From the NCBI GenBank assembly GCA_002352385.1, contig DEII01000063.1:13575-68604 (forward strand): a stretch of 55,030 nucleotides of DNA, in the 5' to 3' direction. The position numbers and the translations under genes were made by a program. How positions within the stretch are numbered: position 1 is the first letter of the stretch; each line of letters starts with the position of its first letter. The notes below the pieces were generated by a model. The model did not search any database and had not been told where the DNA came from. It saw only the letters and a list, made by a program, of their open reading frames with translations. Shown one piece after another: positions 9,843 to 18,849 of this stretch. Source of the DNA: Methylococcaceae bacterium UBA2778. GTDB lineage: Bacteria > Pseudomonadota > Gammaproteobacteria > Methylococcales > UBA2778.

Positions 9843-10790
9843 TCAGAGCCGCCCGGCAAAGTCATCGGTCGCTTCCACCAGCGCCGAGACGGTGCCGGGT
9901 TCGGTCGCTGCATGGCTGGCGTCGGGGACGATGATCAATCGGCCCTGAGGCCAAGCCTTTTTCAACGCGAACGCCTGATCGACCGGGCAGATGCTGTCGT
10001 AGCGTCCGTGGACGATGACGCCCGGAATCTCAATCAGCCGGTGGGCGCGTTCGAGAAGCTGATTGGGCTCGAGGAAGGCGTGATGGCTGAAATAGTGGCA
10101 CTCGATCCGGGCCATGCTCAAGGCGACGGCGGGCTGGGTGAAGAAATCGCGGGTTGCCCGGTCCGGGCGCAGGGTGGCGGTTCGACCCTCCCACTCGGAC
10201 CAGGCGTGGGCGGCCTGCCTGCGCAGCTTGGCATCGTCGCCGGTCAGAAGGCGGTAATAGGCCTTGACCATCTCGCCGCGCTCGGATTTCGGCACCGGCC
10301 TGACAAAATCCTCCCAGTAGTCGGGAAACAGCCGGTTGGCGCCGGTCTGATAAAACCACTCGATGTCTTCGTCGCGGCAGAGAAAAATACCTCGCAGTAC
10401 CAGACCCAGCACCTGTTCGGGGCGTTGCTCGGCATAGGCCAGCGCCAAAGTCGAGCCCCATGAGCCGCCGAACAGCAGCCAACGATCGATGCCGAGAAGT
10501 TGGCGAATCCGTTCGATATCGGAGAGCAGGTGATCGGTGGTGTTCTCCCGTAGTTCGGCGTGTGGTGTGGAACGGCCGCAGCCGCGCTGATCGAAGAGTA
10601 TGATTCGATAGTGTTGCGGATCGAAAAACCGCCGGTGCACTTCAGAACAGCCGCCGCCAGGGCCGCCATGCAGAAACAGCGCCGGAATGCCGTGCGGATT
10701 GCCGCACTCTTCGATGTGCAAAGTATGAAGTGGATCGACAGCCAGGTTGTGACGGTCATATGGATTTAGTGCTGGATATAGCGTGCGCAT
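9843..10790 (-). CDS. pip: proline iminopeptidase (prolyl aminopeptidase)
   Basis: 315 aa. HGGPGGG oxyanion motif and GGSWGS nucleophile elbow. N-terminus MRTLYPALNPYDRHNLAVD is typical of Pip. Confidence 0.9.
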   Translation of the reverse strand: MRTLYPALNPYDRHNLAVDPLHTLHIEECGNPHGIPALFLHGGPGGGCSEVHRRFFDPQHYRIILFDQRGCGRSTPHAELRENTTDHLLSDIERIRQLLGIDRWLLFGGSWGSTLALAYAEQRPEQVLGLVLRGIFLCRDEDIEWFYQTGANRLFPDYWEDFVRPVPKSERGEMVKAYYRLLTGDDAKLRRQAAHAWSEWEGRTATLRPDRATRDFFTQPAVALSMARIECHYFSHHAFLEPNQLLERAHRLIEIPGVIVHGRYDSICPVDQAFALKKAWPQGRLIIVPDASHAATEPGTVSALVEATDDFAGRL

Positions 10791-10906
10791 AAGGTTATTC
10801 TGACGAATGTTTGGAAATCATTCGATTGTTTCCTCAAAGGCCCGCCGGCTGTGGGCTTCCGGTTGTTTGGCGGGGCTTGGTCGAACGGTTATTCGGACGC
10901 ATGATC

Positions 10907-10923
10907 AATTTCAGGTTGAAATT
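10907..10923. promoter_or_regulatory. perfect 7-3-7 palindrome AATTTCA-GGT-TGAAATT upstream of the peroxidase gene (candidate operator)
   Basis: Seen directly, 55-71 nt upstream of the ATG at 10978. It overlaps an imperfect TGAT-N4-TTCA element. No binding protein can be assigned. Confidence 0.3.
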
Positions 10924-10977
10924 ATAAGCCTGATTGGCTCAATATAAGAATTTTCAACAATAAAAACGGAGGATGTC

Positions 10978-12006
10978 ATGTTCAATATTCGATCACTTTT
11001 TTCAACGCTGGCACTCGTCGGTGCAACGACGGTTGCCTCAGCCGCCAGTTGGGAAGCGCTCCCGGAAAAAGCACCGGCGCCGGCCGATAACCCGACAACT
11101 GCGGCCAGAGTTGAGCTGGGACGCGTGCTGTATCATGACCCCCGGCTGTCATCGACCGGGACCGTTTCCTGCAGCTCCTGCCACAACACGATGCTGGGCG
11201 GCGAGGACAACAGACCGGTGGCGATGGGAGTCAACGGTCAAACCGGCGGCCGCAGCGCGCCGACGGTCTGGAATGCGGCATTCAACGCAACGCAATTCTG
11301 GGATGGTCGGGCGCCGAGCCTGGAAGAGCAGGCCAAAGGCCCGGTGACCAACCCGATCGAAATGGGAATGAAGAGCTGGGACGATGTGGTTGCCCGGCTG
11401 AAGCAGATCCCCGGTTACCAGGCCGCTTTTCAAAAGGCTTTCGGCAACGGGGACTCGATTACGATGGATAATTCCGCCAAAGCCATTGCGGCTTACGAAC
11501 GAACCCTGATTACTCCGAACAGCCCCTACGACAAGTATGTCAAAGGCAACAAGAAGGCATTGAGCGAACAGCAGGTGCGCGGTATGGACACGTTCGCCGA
11601 AAGCGGTTGTGTCGGTTGTCACTCCGGCCCGGCTTTCAGCGGTCAGATGGAACAGGGTGCCGGGGTGTTTCAGAAATTTCCGATGCACGACAACGGCTTC
11701 TTCGAGGCCAAGTACAAACTCAAGAAAGACAGCGGCCGTTTTGCCGAGACTGGAAAGGAAGCCGACAAGCATATGTGGAAGGTTCCCACCTTGCGCAACG
11801 TCGCTTTGACCGCACCCTATTTTCACAACGGCACTGTCAAAACGCTGGATGCGGCGATCAAGGTGATGGCGAAGCTGCAGTTGAACAAGGATCTGACCGC
11901 GGAACAGGTGGCTGACATCGAGGCTTTTCTGAACGGGTTGACCGGAACTTTTCCCGAACAGAAGATGCCGCATCTGCCGCCGACACCGGGGAAGACCTTT
12001 AATTAG
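10978..12006 (+). CDS. ccpA: di-haem cytochrome c peroxidase (CcpA/MauG family)
   Basis: 342 aa with a signal peptide. Haem motifs CSSCH and CVGCH, plus PTLRNVALTAPYFHNG. Confidence 0.85.
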   Translation: MFNIRSLFSTLALVGATTVASAASWEALPEKAPAPADNPTTAARVELGRVLYHDPRLSSTGTVSCSSCHNTMLGGEDNRPVAMGVNGQTGGRSAPTVWNAAFNATQFWDGRAPSLEEQAKGPVTNPIEMGMKSWDDVVARLKQIPGYQAAFQKAFGNGDSITMDNSAKAIAAYERTLITPNSPYDKYVKGNKKALSEQQVRGMDTFAESGCVGCHSGPAFSGQMEQGAGVFQKFPMHDNGFFEAKYKLKKDSGRFAETGKEADKHMWKVPTLRNVALTAPYFHNGTVKTLDAAIKVMAKLQLNKDLTAEQVADIEAFLNGLTGTFPEQKMPHLPPTPGKTFN

Positions 12007-12071
12007 TATCGGTCTGCATCGATTGTTCGTCTGACATGGAGTCATCTTTCTTCTTCGTTAACCTCCCTTTG

Positions 12072-12106
12072 CCGGCTGCGTCGCTTCGCGGTGCAGCCGG
12101 TTCTTT
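12072..12106 (+). terminator. rho-independent terminator candidate after the peroxidase gene
   Basis: CCGGCTGC (12072-12079) pairs with GCAGCCGG (12093-12100), followed by TTCTTT. Confidence 0.55.
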
Positions 12107-12316
12107 GGCGCCTCGCACCACGGCATGCAACGCGAAGCGTTGTCTGGTCTAACTTGTGGCCGTTGAGTCATGCGGCCGCTCGAGCCGGCCCGCGCAGGGT
12201 CGGTTTTCCATATTTAGAATTGCTGCCTTGAGCGTCGAAAAAATATGCGGGGCGTACCCTTCCCCAGTATAATTAGAGGCTGTATGGGTTTGTTATAACT
12301 GCACGGAGTTGAAATC

Positions 12317-12799
12317 TTGAGAACACAAACAAAATGTACGCTGACCCTGTGTGGCATGCTGATTGTTGAAATTCTTCCGATACCTTTCACGGCTCTCTAT
12401 GGCATTTATGCGATACGCAAAAGACCGGGCTGGATACCGGGAGTGGTTGAGAGCCTTTATGCCGATAAGCCTGCAGAACCCGCGGGGCCGGTGAAGGAAG
12501 TTCCCCAAGGGCACGATCCCATGGAGACACGCAAAAAGTGTACGATCGCCATGAGCACAATGTTCTTGGTGGATGTCGCCGTACCGTTTACCGTCCCTTT
12601 TGGCCTCTATATCGTCCGCAGGCGGCCGAGCTGGTTCAAGGATATCGTTGCCAGGCTTTATGCCGACCAGTTGGGATATGGCGCCTCAGGCCTGGGGAAT
12701 GCCGCGGACGAGCTCGCTGAGTCTTTGGAGCGGCGGCATCGAGAGCTGGAGCTCGAGAATCTTCAGTTTGCCCGCTCTTTGCGAAGGAAACTCGGTTAG
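12317..12799 (+). CDS. hypothetical membrane protein built from an internal tandem duplication
   Basis: 160 aa, TTG start preceded by GGAG. Two about 45-aa repeats share KCT..M(L/F).V...PFT..(Y/F)G.Y..R.RP.W....V..LYAD, and each has one hydrophobic helix. Charged helical C-terminal tail. Confidence 0.5.
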   Translation: MRTQTKCTLTLCGMLIVEILPIPFTALYGIYAIRKRPGWIPGVVESLYADKPAEPAGPVKEVPQGHDPMETRKKCTIAMSTMFLVDVAVPFTVPFGLYIVRRRPSWFKDIVARLYADQLGYGASGLGNAADELAESLERRHRELELENLQFARSLRRKLG

Positions 12800-12885
12800 C
12801 CGCATTGGAGGAGAGACCATAGCTTCTCCTCCAAATCAGGCACCTTATTAACACCGGAAAAAACCGGTGTTTCACTGCGGGGAAA

Positions 12886-13389
12886 ATGACCGCCGAGAGC
12901 GATCGAACGCCACTCCGCTTCAAGGTGATCTCAGGCGGACAGACCGGTGTGGACCGGGCGGGACTGGACGCGGCGCAGGAAGCCGGGATTGCGATCGGCG
13001 GCTGGTGCCCAAAAGACCGTCGCGCCATGGACGGCGTGATTCCAAGCAGCTATCCGTTGACGGAGACCGAGTCAAGGGGCTATGCCGTACGGACCGAGTG
13101 GAATGTGCGTGATTCGGATGCGACCCTGATTCTTTGTATCGGCAACTTGTCGGGAGGGACGCGGCTGACCGCGGATTTCGCCCGGCAGTATGGCAAACCG
13201 CTGTTGATCGTGGATTTGCAGCAACTGCACGATCACAAGGCGGTGGTGGCTTGGTTATGCCGTCACGCCGTGCAGGTCTTGAACATTGCGGGTCCTCGCG
13301 AAGAGGACTGTCCAGGTTGTTATGCCTCGGCAAAGCGCTTTCTGAGCTTTCTGTTTTCCGGGCAAGGGCGAGTATGCAGCTCGGCTTAG
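12886..13389 (+). CDS. YpsA-like SLOG-superfamily protein (the family annotated as putative molybdenum carrier)
   Basis: 167 aa. ISGGQTGVDRAGLDAAQEAGIAIGGWCPKDRRAMDG...RTEWNVRDSDATLIL...LSGGTRLT matches my memory of the PF12694-type signature. Confidence 0.7.
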   Translation: MTAESDRTPLRFKVISGGQTGVDRAGLDAAQEAGIAIGGWCPKDRRAMDGVIPSSYPLTETESRGYAVRTEWNVRDSDATLILCIGNLSGGTRLTADFARQYGKPLLIVDLQQLHDHKAVVAWLCRHAVQVLNIAGPREEDCPGCYASAKRFLSFLFSGQGRVCSSA

Positions 13390-13397
13390 GCGCGCCG

Positions 13398-14030
13398 TCA
13401 TGGTTTCTGCTCACAGCTCGTGGCGCACAGCTCCTGCCAGGCCGGGTGTGCGCCGATCCGGCCGAGCGCCTGTCGCAGCAGCGACATTCCCGGCTCGGTG
13501 CGGTGCCAGGTGGAGGCGCCCGATGGATGGGGCAGGGGAATGACATCCAGAGTCACCCCCCTATAATCGATGCAGTGCGTCTTGCCGATCACGTCGGTCA
13601 GTTTGTTGACCGGCATCAGTTGCGCGATGGCGAGTTTGCCGACGGGAAGGAGGAGTCGGGGCTGCAGCAGTGTGATTTCCACCTCAAGCCACTCCATACA
13701 GTTGCTGATTTCTGCACGGCTCGGCACGCGGTCGCCGCCTTTGGGGTTTTTGCCGGGAAAACAGCGGCAGACCGCCGCCATATAGACACACCGGCGAAAG
13801 CACGACTCATCCAGGCCGATCTGCTGGAACCATTTGAACAATGTTTTTCCTGCCGTCCAGGCGAACGGCTTGCCGAGTCGACCTTCCTTGTCGCCCGGCG
13901 CCTGACCGATCAGCAATACTTTCGATGCTACGGGAACCCCTGTCACTACCGGTCCGATCATCTCCGGACAGCGGCGGCAGGCCTTGAGTGCGCTCTGGTG
14001 GCTGGTTATCGATTCGGAATGAGCGATCAC
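13398..14030 (-). CDS. uracil-DNA glycosylase superfamily protein (family 4/5-like)
   Basis: GQAPG and HPSGAS motifs. I prefer the GTG at 14030, which forms a GTGA overlap with the upstream stop, over the track start at 14078 (52-nt overlap). Confidence 0.7.
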   Translation of the reverse strand: MIAHSESITSHQSALKACRRCPEMIGPVVTGVPVASKVLLIGQAPGDKEGRLGKPFAWTAGKTLFKWFQQIGLDESCFRRCVYMAAVCRCFPGKNPKGGDRVPSRAEISNCMEWLEVEITLLQPRLLLPVGKLAIAQLMPVNKLTDVIGKTHCIDYRGVTLDVIPLPHPSGASTWHRTEPGMSLLRQALGRIGAHPAWQELCATSCEQKP

Positions 14031-14884
14031 TGTGGTTTCTTCAATCGATACAAAGCGGAAATGTCTTCGTCGCCGCAACCTTGCTCCATCAAATCAGCAT
14101 ACTCCTTCAGCGTCTTGTCGACCAGTTCAGCGTGAACTCCCAAGCCGATCATCATCTGTCGGCAGATCTTCAGATCCTTGTGATGCAGCGCGAGCTTGAA
14201 ACCGGGCGCAAAGAGCCCCTGTGTCATGGTCAGGCCGCGATGTTCGAGAAACCAGTTGCCGGCGGCGCCACCGGAAATCACGTCGACCAGCTTTTTCATG
14301 TCCAGTCCCTGCGCCTGCCCGAACGCCAGCGCTTCGGTGACCGCCTGATTGATGCCGGCTGCCATCACCTGATTGACCGCTTTGGCGCCTTGGCCCGCAC
14401 CGACCTCTCCCATGTGCACGATGCGGCCGGTGATCGCCTCGAGCAGCGGCCGGACCCGGTTCAGCACCGTTTCATCGCCGCCGACCATCATCGCCAACGT
14501 CCCTTTGCGAGCCCCTTCGACGCCGCCGGAAACCGGGGCGTCGAGAAACGCCGCACCGCTGTGTGCCAGCATCCGTGCCGCCCGACGGGCGGTGTCGCTG
14601 CTGACCGTCGACACGTCGATTACCACGTGGTCCGAGTTCAATCCGGGCTGCATGGCCTGCATCACTTCCAGGACATCGGTGTCGGCTGAAACGCAAACGA
14701 ACATTATGTCAACCAGCCGGGCAAGTTCAGCGGGGTCGTGCGCGCATGTCACTGACAGCTCCCGCGCCGCCGCCTCGGCGCGGGAATAGGTTCGGTTCCA
14801 GACGCCGGACAGATAACCAGTTCGAGCGAGATTGCGCGCCATCGGCGCACCCATCGCGCCAAGGCCGATGATGCCTGCTTTCAT
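14027..14884 (-). CDS. NAD(P)-dependent 3-hydroxyisobutyrate dehydrogenase-family oxidoreductase (MmsB/GarR-like)
   Basis: 285 aa. N-terminal Rossmann motif MKAGIIGLGAMGAPMARNL, HIBADH-like throughout. Confidence 0.85.
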   Translation of the reverse strand: MKAGIIGLGAMGAPMARNLARTGYLSGVWNRTYSRAEAAARELSVTCAHDPAELARLVDIMFVCVSADTDVLEVMQAMQPGLNSDHVVIDVSTVSSDTARRAARMLAHSGAAFLDAPVSGGVEGARKGTLAMMVGGDETVLNRVRPLLEAITGRIVHMGEVGAGQGAKAVNQVMAAGINQAVTEALAFGQAQGLDMKKLVDVISGGAAGNWFLEHRGLTMTQGLFAPGFKLALHHKDLKICRQMMIGLGVHAELVDKTLKEYADLMEQGCGDEDISALYRLKKPQ

Positions 14885-14989
14885 TTGAGTTTCTCCTGTT
14901 GTGATTCGGTCATACAGTTCAGCCGGCGAAATTGTAACCTTATTCCGGGCAGTAATGCATTGCCAATGTGATTAAATGATGGATGTTTG

Positions 14990-15260
14990 TATTTACCGCG
15001 GGCTCCGACGTTTACCCTCGTTCGCATGCTCCTGCGTGGGAATGCATCCTGGCACGATAGCCGTAGGGTACGCACCACCTACCTTATCCCTCGGTCAGCC
15101 GGGTAGCGTTGGAACGAGAACCTGCATAGGGCGAGCTTTGCAGACGATCTGCCATCGTGCGCCGCATTATGGCGGAACCCTTCGCGTTCCGCCCTACGCT
15201 CCCGCCGGTTAACGTAATGGCAGTGACGCTCCTGCGTGGAGATACAGGCCGGAGTGATAC
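14990..15260. repeat. cluster of REP-like dispersed repeat units in a 0.5-kb gene-free gap
   Basis: GCTCCTGCGTGGGAATGCATCC (about 15029) and GCTCCTGCGTGGAGATACAGG (about 15227). GTAGGGTACGCACCACCTAC at 15063-15082. CTTCGCGTTCCGCCCTACG at 15180-15198 is the exact reverse complement of 29792-29810. Confidence 0.55.
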
Positions 15261-15382
15261 AAATGGTTCATGCTTGCTTTTGTTGCCGACTTCAACGTAT
15301 TCTTTGGTGGGAAAAAGCCTGCCTAAACCTGCCGTTCATTGCTGTCGACTTCAGACACAGGGAAAAGCCTGTGCACAAAACC

Positions 15383-16582
15383 ATGTGGAAAAAAATCGAG
15401 GAACTTGTTCTCAGCCCGAAAATCGAAGAGGCCTCTTTGCGAACGCAGCTGCAAAAAGCAAAAGCGGGTATTCCGACTCCGGTTTTTTGGCTGCTTGGCA
15501 AAACCCAGTCCGGCAAGAGTTCGATTATCCGAGCGCTGACAGGCGACAGCCGGGCGCAGATCGGAGATGGAATGCGTCCTGTGACCCGGACCGCCTACCT
15601 GTATGATTTTCCGAATGAGGAGAGCTGCTTGATCAAGTTTCTGGATACGCGGGGGCTCGGCGAAACGGATTACGATCCGGCGGAGGACATGAGCACATTT
15701 CAAGGCCAGGCGCACGTATTGGTGGTTGTCATGAAGGCAATGGATCATGCGCAGGGGAACGTGATGAAATCGGTCCGAACGATTCTGAAAAAACAACCCC
15801 ATTGGCCGGTGATCGTCGTTCAAACCTGCCTTCATGAAGGCTATTCGGACCCTGCTATGAACCACGTCTTGCCGTACCCGTACGACGACCCGAATCGAGC
15901 TGACTCCGTTCCGACCGATCTGAGACGCGCCCTGGATCATCAACGCCGATTGCTCAAAGGCATCGACGCCCGCTTCGTCGCTGTCGATTTCGCCCTGAAA
16001 GAGGACGGCTATGACCCCGTGCTGTACGGGCTGGATGCATTTTGGCGGACGATTGAAGAGACGCTGCCCCACGGCATCGTATCGGTATTGCGCGATGCTC
16101 ACGACATTCGATCGGAACTGGAGGATTTTTGCAGCAAAGCGGCATTCTCTCACATTCTCGCCTACGCGATCCTGAGCGGCGCTGCCGGCGCGATTCCGCT
16201 GCCGCTCATCGATATCCCCCTGGTGACCCTGATCCAGGCGAAGCTGTTTCATAGCATCGCTTCGATTTACAACTATCCGTTGAACCGGGAGCGAATCAAA
16301 GCGATCGGCAGCGCACTGGGTCTGTCGCTGGCGGCCAATATCGGCCGGCGGCAGCTGGTCAAACTGATTCCAGTCTATGGCAGCGGGGCGTCATCGCTGC
16401 TCACAGCTGCGTCGACCTACGCGCTGGGAAAGACCCTGGGCGCTTATATGCTGCGCAGCCGGCAGGGAGGAGCCGTCGACCCGAAGATATTTCAAGAGAT
16501 CTATGCGGCCGAATTCGAGCAGGGGCGCCGGCTCCTTAAACGCTACCTCGGCGATTTCAGCGAACGCAAATCCGCTCCATGA
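15383..16582 (+). CDS. P-loop GTPase with C-terminal DUF697-like membrane-hairpin domain
   Basis: 399 aa from the ATG at 15383 (internal to track ORF 15236..16582). G1 LLGKTQSGKSS and G3 DTRGLGE. The C-terminal hydrophobic region AILSGAAGAIPLPLIDIPLV...LIPVYGSGASSLLTAASTYALG resembles YcjF/DUF697. Confidence 0.65.
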   Translation: MWKKIEELVLSPKIEEASLRTQLQKAKAGIPTPVFWLLGKTQSGKSSIIRALTGDSRAQIGDGMRPVTRTAYLYDFPNEESCLIKFLDTRGLGETDYDPAEDMSTFQGQAHVLVVVMKAMDHAQGNVMKSVRTILKKQPHWPVIVVQTCLHEGYSDPAMNHVLPYPYDDPNRADSVPTDLRRALDHQRRLLKGIDARFVAVDFALKEDGYDPVLYGLDAFWRTIEETLPHGIVSVLRDAHDIRSELEDFCSKAAFSHILAYAILSGAAGAIPLPLIDIPLVTLIQAKLFHSIASIYNYPLNRERIKAIGSALGLSLAANIGRRQLVKLIPVYGSGASSLLTAASTYALGKTLGAYMLRSRQGGAVDPKIFQEIYAAEFEQGRRLLKRYLGDFSERKSAP

Positions 16583-18117
16583 AACGCACCATCGTCTGGA
16601 TTGCGTCGCTGGCTCTGGCCGCCGCTCCCTTCCTGTTGCTGCTGGTGGCCGGCTTATATTGGCTGTGGAGCCAGCAGCTAATCTTATCGTGGGCAGCGGT
16701 TACGGCGGTATCGGGGCTCATGGCCTGGCTGGTCAACCGCGCTCTGAAGCGAAAGCGCGTTCCGCCGGAAACGCTGCAGGTCGATCCATCCACGCTCTGG
16801 TCCGGCAAAGGCATCGAGGCATGGGAAAAAGTCGAAGCAATCGCCCAGCGGTTGCACGATCGGCAGCCCGATCTGGAAAGCATCGACTTTTACACCGAGA
16901 CTTTGAGGGAGGTCATGGAGACGGTCGCTCTGCATTTCCATCCGGAGCGAAAAAACGCTCTGCTCGAGCTGCGCGTTCCCGATGCGTTGAGAGTCATCGA
17001 GCTGCTCTCCCGGGATCTGCGCACCACCTTTTCCGAAAACGTCCCCGGCAGCCATCTGCTGACGGTCAATGACATCGTTCGCGGCCACCGCTTGGCGGCA
17101 CACGGCGGCGCCCTGTTGAAGCTCTACCGCATCGTCGCCGCTGGCGTCGACCCGATCTCAGCCGCCGTGCGCGAATTGGGATTCCTGGCCAGCGACAGTG
17201 TGCTCTCCGACTCGACCAAAGCGGTGAAAAAATGGCTGGTGGACGCCTATGTCAAAAAGATCGGCTACTACGCCATCGAACTGTACAGCGACCGCCTCGT
17301 ACTGGATGACGACGTTCCTATGAGGGCAACCAATGCCTCCCGCGTCGATATGGAAAAAGCCGAACAGCAGGCGCAGCGGCTGCAGGAAGAACCGCTGCGG
17401 ATTCTGGTGATCGGCCAGGTCAACGCCGGCAAGTCGAGCCTCATCAATGCCCTGTCTGCGGAAATGCAAGCGATTGTCGACGTCGTTCCTCAGACCGAAG
17501 CGATTCATCCCTACGTGTTGGATAAAAACAGCTTGACGAAAGCCGTCATACTGGACACGCTAGGCTATCAAGAGACCGAACAGCCCCTGCGAGCGTTGAA
17601 ATCGCTGCTCGATGCGATTCCGCGAACCGATCTGATTCTGCTGGTGCGTTCGGCCATCAACGTTGCCGGCGGTGCCGACAAAGCAGTGCTCGATCAGTTG
17701 TCGACCCGCTTCAGGGAGGCGACGGAGGAAGCGCCGCCTCCGGTCATTGTCGCACTCTCCCACATCGATCGGCTGCGGCCGTTCCGGGAGTGGTCGCCCC
17801 CGTACGATGTCGTCGCTCCGGACAGCGCCAAGGCGCAATCGATCAAAGCGGCAATGGAGATCACCGCGCAGCAGTTGGGGATCGACATCGACCGGATCGT
17901 TCCGTTGAACCTCAAAAGTGGTCAGCTGTACAATGTGGAAGAGGGGCTGCTTCCAGCCATATTGCAAAATCTGGAATCTGCGACTCGATTGAAATACCTT
18001 CGCTGTCTGGAAGAGTATAAGAGTCGATCGCAGTGGCAGGCGCTGTGGCAGCAGTCAAAAAACGCCGGCCGCTTTATCGCTCGCGAGGGGTTCCGCTGGA
18101 TCGGCAGCCGTTCTTGA
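16579..18117 (+). CDS. membrane-anchored P-loop GTPase (two N-terminal TM helices)
   Basis: 512 aa. ATGA overlap with the upstream GTPase. TM segments at IVWIASLALAAAPFLLLLVAGLYWLW and LSWAAVTAVSGLMAWLV. G1 VIGQVNAGKSSLINAL, G3 DTLGYQE, and a G4-like SHID. Confidence 0.65.
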   Translation: MKRTIVWIASLALAAAPFLLLLVAGLYWLWSQQLILSWAAVTAVSGLMAWLVNRALKRKRVPPETLQVDPSTLWSGKGIEAWEKVEAIAQRLHDRQPDLESIDFYTETLREVMETVALHFHPERKNALLELRVPDALRVIELLSRDLRTTFSENVPGSHLLTVNDIVRGHRLAAHGGALLKLYRIVAAGVDPISAAVRELGFLASDSVLSDSTKAVKKWLVDAYVKKIGYYAIELYSDRLVLDDDVPMRATNASRVDMEKAEQQAQRLQEEPLRILVIGQVNAGKSSLINALSAEMQAIVDVVPQTEAIHPYVLDKNSLTKAVILDTLGYQETEQPLRALKSLLDAIPRTDLILLVRSAINVAGGADKAVLDQLSTRFREATEEAPPPVIVALSHIDRLRPFREWSPPYDVVAPDSAKAQSIKAAMEITAQQLGIDIDRIVPLNLKSGQLYNVEEGLLPAILQNLESATRLKYLRCLEEYKSRSQWQALWQQSKNAGRFIAREGFRWIGSRS

Positions 18118-18188
18118 AACTGTGTTGGGCGCGCTGCGCCGTACCTGATCCACACCCCCCAGGAGACGATATGATGAAAAGAGGAGAA

Positions 18189-18590
18189 ATGATGCGAGTT
18201 TTTATCTGCTTGGGCCTGCTTCTAGCCGCTTTCGATGTTTCTGCCATCGAATGCAAATCGGAAGGGAATCAGCTGGAGTTGAATCAATGCGCGCTCGATG
18301 ATTTTGAAAAGGCGGATCGTGCATTGAATGAGACCTATCAGACCCTGATAAAACAGATGCAGGATGACAAGACCTATATCGACGCGCTGCGCGAGGCGCA
18401 GCGGGCGTGGATTCGGTTTCGCGATGCGGAGTTAAAGGCGATGTTTTCCTGTGACGAGGAGGATGTCAGGGTCTGCTGGGGCAGTATGTATAATTTGCTC
18501 TATCTGAATGCCAAGACCGAGCTAACGCAGGCGCGCGCCAAGCGTCTGCAGCGGTTTATCGAGCATGGCCGCAATGTTTGGGTGGAATAG
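18189..18590 (+). CDS. DUF1311 (LprI / lysozyme-inhibitor-like) secreted protein
   Basis: MMRVFICLGLLLAAFDVSA signal. C..EGNQLELNQCA...ADRALNETYQ...AQRAWIRFRDAE is the DUF1311 pattern. Start is uncertain (18171, 18189 or 18192). Confidence 0.7.
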   Translation: MMRVFICLGLLLAAFDVSAIECKSEGNQLELNQCALDDFEKADRALNETYQTLIKQMQDDKTYIDALREAQRAWIRFRDAELKAMFSCDEEDVRVCWGSMYNLLYLNAKTELTQARAKRLQRFIEHGRNVWVE

Positions 18591-18849
18591 TTCCGCGACA
18601 TGCCGCGATCGCTTGACTGGCTGGCGCTCTTACCAGCCGGTTCCGTCGGTGGCGGGCAGCCTGGATTGGCTCGCGGTGTATCGGCGGGGTCTCGGTCTTG
18701 GTTCTGGTTCACCCACCGTGCGCGGCGGCTCCGAAGAGATCAATACACATCCCGCTGATAGATACCGCTTCTGCGCCTGCATCTGTTGGCCGGATCGGCT
18801 CGCCGCGGTGGCTTGAGTGGCTAAAGTCGGGTTTAACGTTACGCTTGGA

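Noticed and set aside
9734-9934. 66-aa plus-strand ORF spanning the REP hairpin.
   Set aside because: It is created by the extragenic palindrome and by the antisense of the pip 3' end. It has no RBS and no motif.
10901-10914. FNR/ANR box upstream of the peroxidase gene.
   Set aside because: Only TGAT-N4-TTCA is present, against the TTGAT-N4-ATCAA consensus. That is too degenerate to call. I reported it only as context for the adjacent perfect palindrome.
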